From contig NZ_OMOH01000001.1 in the NCBI RefSeq assembly GCF_900289195.1, forward strand, positions 358,706 through 390,705: a DNA stretch of 32,000 nt. The letters are read 5' to 3'. The translations under genes were made by a program, and so were the position numbers. This document shows positions 24,747-32,000 of this stretch, piece by piece. How positions within the stretch are numbered: the stretch's first letter is position 1; every line of letters begins with the position of its first letter. Source of the DNA: Propionibacterium ruminifibrarum. GTDB lineage: Bacteria; Actinomycetota; Actinomycetes; Propionibacteriales; Propionibacteriaceae. The notes beneath the pieces are model-generated. The model saw nothing but the letters and a program-made list of their open reading frames with translations. It was not told where the DNA came from and did not search any database.

Positions 24747-25724
24747 ATGTCCGAGGACCAGTCAGCACCGGGTGAGCCCGTGAGCGCGCAGCAGACCACG
24801 GCGCCGATGAGCGTCGAGGCCTTCCCCCTGTTGCCCGCCGATCCGCCGAAGATCGGTGATTTCTGGATCGACGCGCGACTGACCGCCACCGAGGCCGGCG
24901 TCGCCTACCTGGCGCACGCCGACACCGAGCACCAGGTGATGCTGATCATCCTCGCGGCCGGCGCAGCCGGCGACGCGGCGGCCCGCGACCGACTGGCCGG
25001 CGAGGTCAACAAGATGAGCGCCGACACCGTCGTCGCCCGCGGCGGCCAGGATCAGGACGAGGGCCGCCTCGGCCATTTGTTCCGCAGCGAGGACGACGAC
25101 CCGGTGGGGCCCGACCACGCGCCGCTGGCCCCCTGGGTCGCGCTCGTGTGGGACGGTTCGACGCACGCCCTCGCCGAGGCGGACAGGCTGCTGCGCAGCG
25201 TGGACCTGTCGGCCAGCCCGCAGCTGGGTACCAGCCGCGGCCCGGGCTTCTCGATCCCCTGGTCGTCCGACACGCGTCCCGGCGCCTGGCGGCTGTGGCC
25301 GCTGCCCTGGCCGGGGCGGCGCGACCGTGCCGGCTGGGTGCCGGTGCTGGCCAGCTGGCTGCTCATGATCCTCCTCGCGACGACCGCCCTGCTCATCACG
25401 GTGCTGCTGTTCCAGAACCAGCCGCCGGAGTCCCCGGACGCCCCGGTGACCGGTTCGGCCAGTTCCTCCTCCGAGTCGAGCGAGTCCGACTCGTCCGGGT
25501 CCGGTTCACCGAGCGAGTCCGACTCGTCCGCCTCCGGCTCGCCCAGCGAGTCCGACTCGTCCAGCTCCGGCTCGCCCAGCGAGTCCGATTCGTCCGCCGG
25601 CGCAGGCAGCTCCGACACCCCCGGCGATGACGGCTCACCAACGAAGACCCCGTCGATGAACGTCTCCGGTTCGGGCACTGCCACGTCGACCGACGAGCCC
25701 ACCCAGCAGCAGACGAGACTGTAG
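24747..25724 (+). CDS. Single-pass membrane protein: degenerate protein-kinase-like N-terminal region, TM helix, Ser/Asp/Glu-rich repeat tail
   Basis: IGDFWIDARLTATEAGVAYLAH...HQVMLIIL...AARDRLAGEV resembles beta1-beta3/alphaC of actinobacterial Ser/Thr kinases, but without the G-loop glycines or VAIK lysine, and with no HRD or DFG downstream. TM is WVPVLASWLLMILLATTALLITVLLF. Tail is (GSPSESDSSxS)n. Start could be ATG 24747 or 24714. Confidence 0.6.
   Translation: MSEDQSAPGEPVSAQQTTAPMSVEAFPLLPADPPKIGDFWIDARLTATEAGVAYLAHADTEHQVMLIILAAGAAGDAAARDRLAGEVNKMSADTVVARGGQDQDEGRLGHLFRSEDDDPVGPDHAPLAPWVALVWDGSTHALAEADRLLRSVDLSASPQLGTSRGPGFSIPWSSDTRPGAWRLWPLPWPGRRDRAGWVPVLASWLLMILLATTALLITVLLFQNQPPESPDAPVTGSASSSSESSESDSSGSGSPSESDSSASGSPSESDSSSSGSPSESDSSAGAGSSDTPGDDGSPTKTPSMNVSGSGTATSTDEPTQQQTRL
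25470..25601 (+). repeat. In-frame 33-bp tandem repeat, 4 copies
   Basis: Core AGCGAGTCCGACTCGTCC recurs at 25479, 25512, 25545 and 25578 (the last with one mismatch), exactly 33 bp apart. It encodes the 11-aa unit GSPSESDSSxS. Confidence 0.9.
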
Positions 25725-25726
25725 TC

Positions 25727-26575
25727 ATGACCGAGCGTTCCCCACGTGCCGCTGATGACCGGCCGGTCCGGGCGATAGCCACCGACCTGGACGGCACCTT
25801 CCTCAAGAGCGCCGGCGAACTGCACCCGCGCAGCGTCGGGGCGTTCCGCCGTGCCGCGCAGGCCGGTGTCGGCATCGTCTTCGCCACCGGCCGCCCGCCC
25901 CGCTGGGTCGACGTCCTCGACCCGCTTGCCGACATCGAACCGGTGGTCATCTCTACCAATGGCGCCGTCCTGTACGACCTGGCCCGCCGCCGGGTGCTCG
26001 ACCACCACGACCTCGACGTCACCGACACCCTCGACTTCGCGGCGGAACTGGCGGCCCGCGTGCCCGACGTCTGCTTCGCCGTCGAGTACGTACACGCCGA
26101 GTGGGGCACCGACCCGCGGTACGAGACCCTGCTCGCCGAGGGACGTGTCCGCCCGGCGAGCATCGCCCCGCTGGACGAACTGCTCGGGATCGACGCCGCG
26201 GTGAAGGTGCTCGTCATCTCCCCCGGCACCAACACCGAGGCCCTGGCCGACACCGCACGGGACATCGCCGGTGACCGCATCACCGTGACCTTCTCGATGA
26301 TGCGCGAGCAGGGCCTCATCGAGTGCAGCGCGCCGGGGGTCAGCAAGGCCGCGATGCTCACCGACGTGCTGGCCCGCATGGGCGTGGACCCCTCGGAGGC
26401 GATGGCCTTCGGCGACATGCCGAACGACGTCGACATGCTCGACCTGGTCGGACGCCCCTATGTCATGGCCAACGCGCACCTGAGCCTGCGGGACGGGCGC
26501 TACCCGATCGCCGGGGCGAACACCGAGGGCGCGGTCGGGGCGGTCGTCGAACGCGAGGTGCTCGACCGGCTCTGA
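25727..26575 (+). CDS. HAD-superfamily hydrolase, subfamily IIB (Cof-type phosphatase)
   Basis: Motif I ATDLDGTFL, ...FATGRP..., motif IV FGDMPNDVDML. ATG lies 2 nt after the stop of the preceding membrane-protein gene. Confidence 0.85.
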   Translation: MTERSPRAADDRPVRAIATDLDGTFLKSAGELHPRSVGAFRRAAQAGVGIVFATGRPPRWVDVLDPLADIEPVVISTNGAVLYDLARRRVLDHHDLDVTDTLDFAAELAARVPDVCFAVEYVHAEWGTDPRYETLLAEGRVRPASIAPLDELLGIDAAVKVLVISPGTNTEALADTARDIAGDRITVTFSMMREQGLIECSAPGVSKAAMLTDVLARMGVDPSEAMAFGDMPNDVDMLDLVGRPYVMANAHLSLRDGRYPIAGANTEGAVGAVVEREVLDRL

Positions 26576-26627
26576 GCGCTCGCCACGCCCCGGCCGGCCC
26601 GGCAGCGAACGCCCGGCACGGCGGCCT

Positions 26628-27452
26628 TCAGGTCCTGCCCCGTGGCACGATCATCGGCGTGCCGGTCACCGGGTCGTCGACGACGAGCACCTCCAGCCCG
26701 AAGACGTCCTCGACGGTCTGCGGCGTGACGACCTCGGCCGGGGCGCCCTGGGCGACGATGGCGCCGTCCCTCATCGCCACGAGGTGTGTCCCGTAGCGGG
26801 CGGCCTGGTTGAGGTCGTGGAGCACCGCCACCATCGTCCTGCCCTGCCGGTTGAGGCCGGCGAAGAGTTCGAGCAGATCGATCTGGTGGGCGATGTCGAG
26901 GTAGGTGGTGGGTTCGTCCAGGAGCAGCATGGGTGTCTCCTGGGCGAGGGCCATGGCCACCCAGACGCGCTGGCGCTGGCCTCCGGACAGCTCGTTGACG
27001 GCGCGATCGGCCAGTTCCGTGGTGCCGGTGGCGCGCATCGCCCCCTCGACCGCGGCACGGTCGGTGGCGCGCGTGTCACGCAGCAGCCGGCGGTGCGGGA
27101 ACCTGCCCCGGGCCACCAGGTCGGCGACGGTGATGCCGTCCGGAGCGGTGGCGCCCTGCGGCAGCAGGCCGATGGTCTGGGCGGCGGTCCTCGGCGCGAC
27201 CTGGCGCAGCGAGCGGCCGTCCAGCAGGACGGCGCCGGCCCGGGGCACGAGCAGCCGGGCCAGCGAGCGCAGCAGAGTCGACTTGCCGCAGCCGTTTGGC
27301 CCGACGATGACGGTGAACGAGCCGTCCGGGATGTCCAGGCTCAGCCCGCGGCAGATCTCGTGCCTGTCGTAGGCGAGGGTCAGGTCCTTGGCGCTCAGCC
27401 GGGAGCCGGCCGCCGGCGCCTCGGTCAGGTGTTCCGGGCGATGAGCATCCAC
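26628..27452 (-). CDS. Iron-siderophore ABC transporter ATP-binding protein (FepC/FecE-like)
   Basis: Walker A GPNGCGKST, signature LSGGQRQRVWVAMAL, Walker B LLLDEPTTYLD, H-loop VLHDL. The GTG start at 27452 would overlap the permease gene by 28 nt, so the exact start is uncertain. Confidence 0.88.
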   Translation of the reverse strand: MDAHRPEHLTEAPAAGSRLSAKDLTLAYDRHEICRGLSLDIPDGSFTVIVGPNGCGKSTLLRSLARLLVPRAGAVLLDGRSLRQVAPRTAAQTIGLLPQGATAPDGITVADLVARGRFPHRRLLRDTRATDRAAVEGAMRATGTTELADRAVNELSGGQRQRVWVAMALAQETPMLLLDEPTTYLDIAHQIDLLELFAGLNRQGRTMVAVLHDLNQAARYGTHLVAMRDGAIVAQGAPAEVVTPQTVEDVFGLEVLVVDDPVTGTPMIVPRGRT

Positions 27453-28405
27453 AGCAGGTATCCCCCTCCGAAGACGATGGTGATGACGCCGGCCGGAACC
27501 ACCACCGGCAGGGCGTACTGGGCGACGAGGTCGGCGGTGAGCAGGACGACCGAGCCGACGAGCGCCGTGTCGACCAGCGGCAGCCCGGCCCCGGCACGGA
27601 GCCGGCGGGCGATCTGCGGGCAGGCGAGCGACACGAAACCGATCGGCCCGCTCACCGCGGTGGCGGCGGCGATGAGGATCATGCCGACGACGATGAGGGC
27701 GAGCCGGCTGGCCTCCAGCCGCACGCCGTGGGCCGCGGCGGCGTCGTCACCGAGCTCGAGCTGGCGCAGGTGCGGCGTGAGCACGGCGAGACCGGCCGTG
27801 CCGGCCAGCAGCACGGCCAGTGCGGGCACCAGCGTGGACCATTCGATGAGATCGAGCGAGCCGGCACCCCAGATCGAGATCGTCATGGCCAGCTCGGTTC
27901 TCGTGCGCAGCAGGAGCCAGCTGTTGAAGGCGGTCAGCATGGCTGTGACACCGACGCCGACGATGATGAGCCGGTGACCCTGGATACCGCGCCGGTAGGC
28001 GAGCAGATAGACGCCGAGGGCCGTCACGACACCGCCGGCGAGCGCCCCCACCGTCGTCTCACCGGTCCCGGCGCCGAGTACCGCGACGGCGACGATGACG
28101 CCCGTGTAGGAGCCGGTGGTGAAACCGATGACGTCCGGTGAGCCGAGCGGGTTGTCGGTCAGCGACTGGAAGACTGCTCCGGACAGCGCCAGCGCGGCGC
28201 CGAAGCAGATCGCGGCCACGACGCGCGGTGCGCGCCAGTCGCGCACGATCGTCCCCGCGAAGCCGTCGCCGGTGACCAGGGCCCGCACGACCTGCGGCAG
28301 GCTCAGCGGGTAGTCCCCGAGCGAGAGGGCGGCCAGCCCGAGCAGGACGACCACGACGACCAGGCCGACCAGGACGCCGACCCCGCGAGCACGCCGGGCG
28401 TTCAC
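27425..28405 (-). CDS. FecCD-family siderophore ABC permease (FepG-like)
   Basis: 326 aa from GTG 28405, overlapping the upstream stop (GTGA). ...RVVAAICFGAALALSGAVFQSLTDNPLGSPDVIGF... is typical of FecCD. The 689-aa ORF-track form is an out-of-frame run-through of the upstream permease gene. Confidence 0.88.
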   Translation of the reverse strand: MNARRARGVGVLVGLVVVVVLLGLAALSLGDYPLSLPQVVRALVTGDGFAGTIVRDWRAPRVVAAICFGAALALSGAVFQSLTDNPLGSPDVIGFTTGSYTGVIVAVAVLGAGTGETTVGALAGGVVTALGVYLLAYRRGIQGHRLIIVGVGVTAMLTAFNSWLLLRTRTELAMTISIWGAGSLDLIEWSTLVPALAVLLAGTAGLAVLTPHLRQLELGDDAAAAHGVRLEASRLALIVVGMILIAAATAVSGPIGFVSLACPQIARRLRAGAGLPLVDTALVGSVVLLTADLVAQYALPVVVPAGVITIVFGGGYLLWMLIARNT

Positions 28406-29466
28406 AGCGCCACCGCCTTCGCCCGGCGCACCAGCCAGATGAGCACGGGCGCCCCGATGAACGATGTGGTGATGCCCACCGGCATCTCGCCGGGCCAGAC
28501 CGCCACCCGGGCGACAACGTCGGCCGCGAGCATGAGCACGGGCCCGGCGACGATGCCGTAGGCGATGATCCAGCGGTAGTCGGGCCCGGTGAACCAGCGC
28601 ACGATGTGCGGCACCATGAGGCCGACGAACATGATGGGCCCGGCCATGGCCGCGGCGCCGCCGGCGAGCGCCGCGATGGTGACGATGGCGGCGGCCCGGA
28701 CCAGCACCAGATTGGCGCCGAGCGCGGTGGCGAGGTCGTCGCCCAGGGCCAGCGCGTTGAGCCGGCCCGACAGCCCGCAGGCCGCGACCAGCCCGGCGAT
28801 GACCACCGGCGCGCAGGCCGCGACGACACCCATGTCGCGCTGTTCGAACGAGCCGGACTCCCAGGCGAGCATGGCCGTGAACCCGGCCGGATCGAGCAAC
28901 TCGAGCGCCTTGACGACACCGGACAGGATGGCGCCGAAGGCCACTCCGACGAGGGTGAGGCGCGCCGGGTCCGCGGTGGATCCCGTGCCGTGCCCGACGA
29001 GCAGGACGATGCCGGTGGCGGCCAGGGCGCCCACGGCGGCGAAGGCCACCTGGCCGCCTGGCGAGCCCACCCCGCCGAGCGAGATGGCCAGGGCGACGGC
29101 GAACGAGGCGCCCGCGTTGATGCCGAGCACGCCGGGTTCGGCGACGGGATTGCGGGTGATGGCCTGGATCAGGGCCCCGGCGGCCCCCAGCCCGGCCCCG
29201 ACGAGCAGCCCGAGCAGGGTGCGCACCAAGCGCAGGCCGGCGATGTTCACCACGTCGGGCGCCACGTCCCGGCCGGAGTCCAGCCCCAGGTAGGCGGACA
29301 GTCCCGCGCCGATGTCGTCCGGGGCGATGGGCTGCGAGCCGATGAGGAAACTGGCCAGGATCATCGCCACGAGGGCGACGAGCCCCGCCGCCAGACCGGT
29401 GATCCTTCGTGCGGGGGCACTCGCCCGGTGGCCCCCCGCGGGGGCGCGGCGCAGCGTCGTCTCCAC
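28402..29466 (-). CDS. FecCD-family siderophore ABC permease (FepD-like)
   Basis: 354 aa from GTG 29466 (GGAGAGGAG upstream). ...RLVRTLLGLLVGAGLGAAGALIQAITRNPVAEPGVLGINAG... is typical of FecCD. Confidence 0.85.
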   Translation of the reverse strand: METTLRRAPAGGHRASAPARRITGLAAGLVALVAMILASFLIGSQPIAPDDIGAGLSAYLGLDSGRDVAPDVVNIAGLRLVRTLLGLLVGAGLGAAGALIQAITRNPVAEPGVLGINAGASFAVALAISLGGVGSPGGQVAFAAVGALAATGIVLLVGHGTGSTADPARLTLVGVAFGAILSGVVKALELLDPAGFTAMLAWESGSFEQRDMGVVAACAPVVIAGLVAACGLSGRLNALALGDDLATALGANLVLVRAAAIVTIAALAGGAAAMAGPIMFVGLMVPHIVRWFTGPDYRWIIAYGIVAGPVLMLAADVVARVAVWPGEMPVGITTSFIGAPVLIWLVRRAKAVAL

Positions 29467-29700
29467 CCGGTCGCTCCTCTCCTGCGCCTGACACCTCCGA
29501 CGCCTGCGCCCAGGGGTGTCGAACCTCCCAACCGTACAGAATCCTACAAAGGACAGCCTTGGCTTTACATCCGGCCGCAATGCATCAAGGATTGAGGGGC
29601 CGGACGGGCCGACGCGGTCAGACCGTCCGGGTCCGAACCGCACGCACCCGGCGGGCGCACGGCCAAGCCCGGGTACCGATCACTCGAACGAAGGAACCCC

Positions 29701-30687
29701 ATGAAACACTTCCGCGTCCTCGCTGCGGTGATGGTGCTGCTCACAGGCCTCCTCACCGCCTGCAGCGGCACGTCATCCTCCGACTCCCAGTCCTCCGGCC
29801 AGTCGTCGGCGGGCTCCTTCCCCGCGACCGTCCAGACCCATTTCGGCGATGTGACGATCGAGTCCACCCCGCAACGCATCGTCGCCCTCGGCTGGGGCGA
29901 CGCCGAGACGGTCCTGTCCCTCGGGTACGAGCCGGTCGGCGCCTCCGACTGGCTCGCCTTCGGCGGCGACGGCGTAGGCCCCTGGGCCAGCGGCCAGTAC
30001 ACGACCAGCCCCACCATCCTGGGCACCACCGAGCTGTCCTACGAGCAGGTCGCCGCGCTCGAACCCGACCTGATCCTGGACGTCAAGAGTTCCGGCGACC
30101 AGGACCGGTACGACCGGCTCTCCCAGATCGCCACCACCGTCGGCGTCCCCGATGCCGACTCGCTCAACTACCTGACGAGCACCGAGAAGCAGCTGTCGAC
30201 CATCGCGGCGGCCCTCGGCGTGCCCGAGAAGGGCCGGCAGCTGCAGTCCGAGCTCGACCAGGCCATCGGTGACGCCGCGAACGCCGACTGGCAGGGCAAG
30301 ACCGTGTCGGTGGCCGCCCTCACCAGCACCGGCTGGGGCGCCTACATCGACGGCGACACCCGTCTGGGGCTGCTCGAGCAGCTCGGTTTCACGCAGAACC
30401 CGGCCATCGCCGCGATGCCCACCGCCAGCACCGGCTTCTCCGTGGAGCTGTCGACGGAACAGCTGGGCTCCCTGGACGCCGACCTGATCGTCGCCTTCCC
30501 GATCTACGTCGAGACCAGCCGGCTCACCGGTGACGCCGCGTGGCAGGCGATCCCGGCCGTGCGGGACGGCCGTGCCGTGGTCGTAGACGGCGACCTGTCC
30601 AGCGCCTTCTCCCTCGGCACCGTCGGCTCGATCGAGTACGCGCTGGAGAACCTGACCCCCAGGATCAGCGAGGCGCTCGCCTCCTGA
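29701..30687 (+). CDS. Iron-siderophore ABC transporter substrate-binding lipoprotein (FepB/FhuD-type)
   Basis: Signal peptide plus lipobox LLTGLLTACSG. ...PQRIVALGWGDAETVLSLGYEPVG... and ...LDADLIVAF... are typical of periplasmic binding protein type 2. GAAGGA Shine-Dalgarno. Divergent from the permease operon. Confidence 0.85.
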   Translation: MKHFRVLAAVMVLLTGLLTACSGTSSSDSQSSGQSSAGSFPATVQTHFGDVTIESTPQRIVALGWGDAETVLSLGYEPVGASDWLAFGGDGVGPWASGQYTTSPTILGTTELSYEQVAALEPDLILDVKSSGDQDRYDRLSQIATTVGVPDADSLNYLTSTEKQLSTIAAALGVPEKGRQLQSELDQAIGDAANADWQGKTVSVAALTSTGWGAYIDGDTRLGLLEQLGFTQNPAIAAMPTASTGFSVELSTEQLGSLDADLIVAFPIYVETSRLTGDAAWQAIPAVRDGRAVVVDGDLSSAFSLGTVGSIEYALENLTPRISEALAS

Positions 30688-30701
30688 CGGTGCCGGGTCA
30701 T

Positions 30702-30745
30702 CAGGGGGCTTCCGCGCAACCATGGCGGGCGCGCGGAGGCCCCTG
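30702..30745. terminator. Imperfect hairpin between convergent siderophore-binding protein and lysyl-tRNA synthetase genes
   Basis: CAGGGGGCTTCCGCGC ... GCGCGGAGGCCCCTG (arms near-complementary, 13-nt loop) within the 84-bp convergent gap. Confidence 0.4.
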
Positions 30746-30771
30746 ACGGCGGGGACCCTGCCGTCGCCCGC

Positions 30772-32000
30772 TCAGCGCTGGGGCCGGACGAAGGGGAAGC
30801 TCAGCACCTGGCGGATCGTGGCGCCGGTGAGCGCCATCACCAGCCTGTCCAGGCCGATCCCCAGCCCGCCCGTGGGGGGCATGCCGAGTTCGAGGGCGGC
30901 GAGGAACTCCTCGTCGACCTCCATGGCCTCCGGATCCCCCTGGGCGGCCTGCCAGGACTGCTCGACCAGGCGGCTGCGCTGCACGAGCGGATCGGCGAGC
31001 TCGGAGTAGGCGGTGCCCAGCTCCATGCCGCCGGCGACCAGGTCCCAGCGCTCCACCAGCCCGGGCTCGCTGCGGTGGGGCGCGGTCAGCGGCGAGGTCT
31101 CGGCCGGGAAGTCGAGGTAGAAGGTGGGCATCACGGTCATCGGCTCCACCAGTTCGCCGTAGAGCTCCTCCAGCACCCTCCCCGGCCCCCAGGTCGCTCC
31201 GGTCTCGATGCCGTGGGCGTGTGCCAGGTCGACCAGCTCACCCAGATCGGTGCTCAACGAGACCTCACGGCCGAGCGCCTGCGAGACGGCGTCGCACACC
31301 CTCGCCCGGGGCCACTGGCCCGAGATGTCGGTGAGCCGCATCGCCCCGTCGGCGCCGGGCAGCGGCATCGCCTCGCGGCCGTGCACGGCCGCCGCGGCCC
31401 GCTGGATGATGCGCTGGGTCAGCAGCAGCATGTCGATGTAGTCGGCAAAGGGCTGGTATGCCTCCACCACGGTGAACTCCGGGTTGTGGGAGGAGTCCGC
31501 GCCCTCGTTGCGGAAGTTCTTCCCGATCTCGAAGACCGCCCCGAAACCGGCCACCACGAGCCTCTTCAACGCCAACTCCGGGGCTATGCGCAGCACCAGG
31601 TCGGTGTCGTAGGCGTTGATGTGGGTACGGAAGGGGCGGGCGCTCGCGCCGCCGTGCACCGTGTTGAGCATCGGGGTCTCGACCTCGTGGAAGCCGGCCT
31701 CGGACAGGCAGCCCCGCACCGCGGCGATGGCCCGGCTGCGGGCGGCCAGCAGTTCCAGCTGGTCGGGGTGGACGATGAGGTCGAGACAGCGGTTGCGCAC
31801 CCTCGCCCGGGGGTCGTCGAAACCTCCCCAGGGGATCGGCTGCAGGGCCTTCGCCAGCACCTGCCACGAACTCACGAGCAGCGACGGGGTCCCGTTGCGG
31901 GACCGTCCCGCGGCGGCGTGCACGCCCACCAGGTCGCCGCGGTCGAGGAGCCGCGCGGCCCTCGCCACCTCGGCGCGACCCAGGACGTCGGCCTCGAGGA
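30772..32000 (-). CDS. lysS: Class II lysyl-tRNA synthetase (catalytic domain plus part of OB domain; 5' end outside window)
   Basis: FHEVETPML...GGASARPF.THINAYD.DL.LRIAPEL.LKRL, motif 2 FRNEGADSSHNPEFT, motif 3 GGLGIGLDRLVM. The frame stays open upstream of the ORF-track GTG (31968) to the window edge (...LEADVLGRAEV...), so the gene is truncated by the window. Confidence 0.85.
   Translation of the reverse strand, partial: LEADVLGRAEVARAARLLDRGDLVGVHAAAGRSRNGTPSLLVSSWQVLAKALQPIPWGGFDDPRARVRNRCLDLIVHPDQLELLAARSRAIAAVRGCLSEAGFHEVETPMLNTVHGGASARPFRTHINAYDTDLVLRIAPELALKRLVVAGFGAVFEIGKNFRNEGADSSHNPEFTVVEAYQPFADYIDMLLLTQRIIQRAAAAVHGREAMPLPGADGAMRLTDISGQWPRARVCDAVSQALGREVSLSTDLGELVDLAHAHGIETGATWGPGRVLEELYGELVEPMTVMPTFYLDFPAETSPLTAPHRSEPGLVERWDLVAGGMELGTAYSELADPLVQRSRLVEQSWQAAQGDPEAMEVDEEFLAALELGMPPTGGLGIGLDRLVMALTGATIRQVLSFPFVRPQR

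Noticed and set aside
25470-25601. Regularly spaced 33-bp repeats as a possible CRISPR array.
   Set aside because: The units are directly adjacent with no spacers and lie in frame within a coding sequence (GSPSESDSSxS). No cas genes are nearby.
27425-29494. Single 689-aa ORF spanning both siderophore permease genes.
   Set aside because: The N-terminal half is Arg/Gly/Pro-rich nonsense read out of frame through the upstream FecCD gene. A GTG at 28405 overlaps that gene's stop (GTGA) and gives a normal 326-aa FecCD permease.

Overview
High-GC (roughly two-thirds G+C by eye, not computed) actinobacterial chromosome segment. It is densely coded, with a core-genome character; gene order resembles Propionibacteriales/Streptomyces-type genomes. 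All family calls come from reading motifs in the supplied translations; no database search was run. Contents left to right: 3' end of an OpuAC-type betaine-binding protein; tRNA-Val(UAC); an Hsp20 gene with two near-consensus HspR operators (HAIR); DUF3052-like gene and pyruvate dehydrogenase E1 (aceE); a class-I aspartate/aromatic aminotransferase; a KdgK-like PfkB kinase; the fatty-acid synthase II block fasR/mabR-like regulator, fabD, fabH, acpP, fabF; a lysophospholipase-like hydrolase; a DUF3145-like protein; a small cupin and an NMT1/SsuA-like ABC importer (ATPase, permease, Tat-lipoprotein binding protein); an S9 serine peptidase; a tightly coupled minus-strand cluster of MoxR AAA+ ATPase, DUF58, two paralogous membrane VWA proteins and YggS; a divergent membrane protein with a degenerate kinase-like N-terminus and a Ser/Asp/Glu-rich tail encoded by a 33-bp tandem repeat, followed by a Cof-type HAD phosphatase; a FecCD/FepBCDG-type siderophore importer; and a divergent class II lysyl-tRNA synthetase running off the right edge. 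No mobile elements, CRISPR arrays, rRNA or obvious pseudogenes were seen. The best candidates for under-described biology are the MoxR/DUF58/VWA/VWA/YggS cluster with its divergent pseudokinase-like membrane protein, the conserved unknowns attached to central and lipid metabolism (DUF3052, DUF3145), and the uncharacterised cupin-linked ABC importer. None is demonstrably novel from sequence alone.
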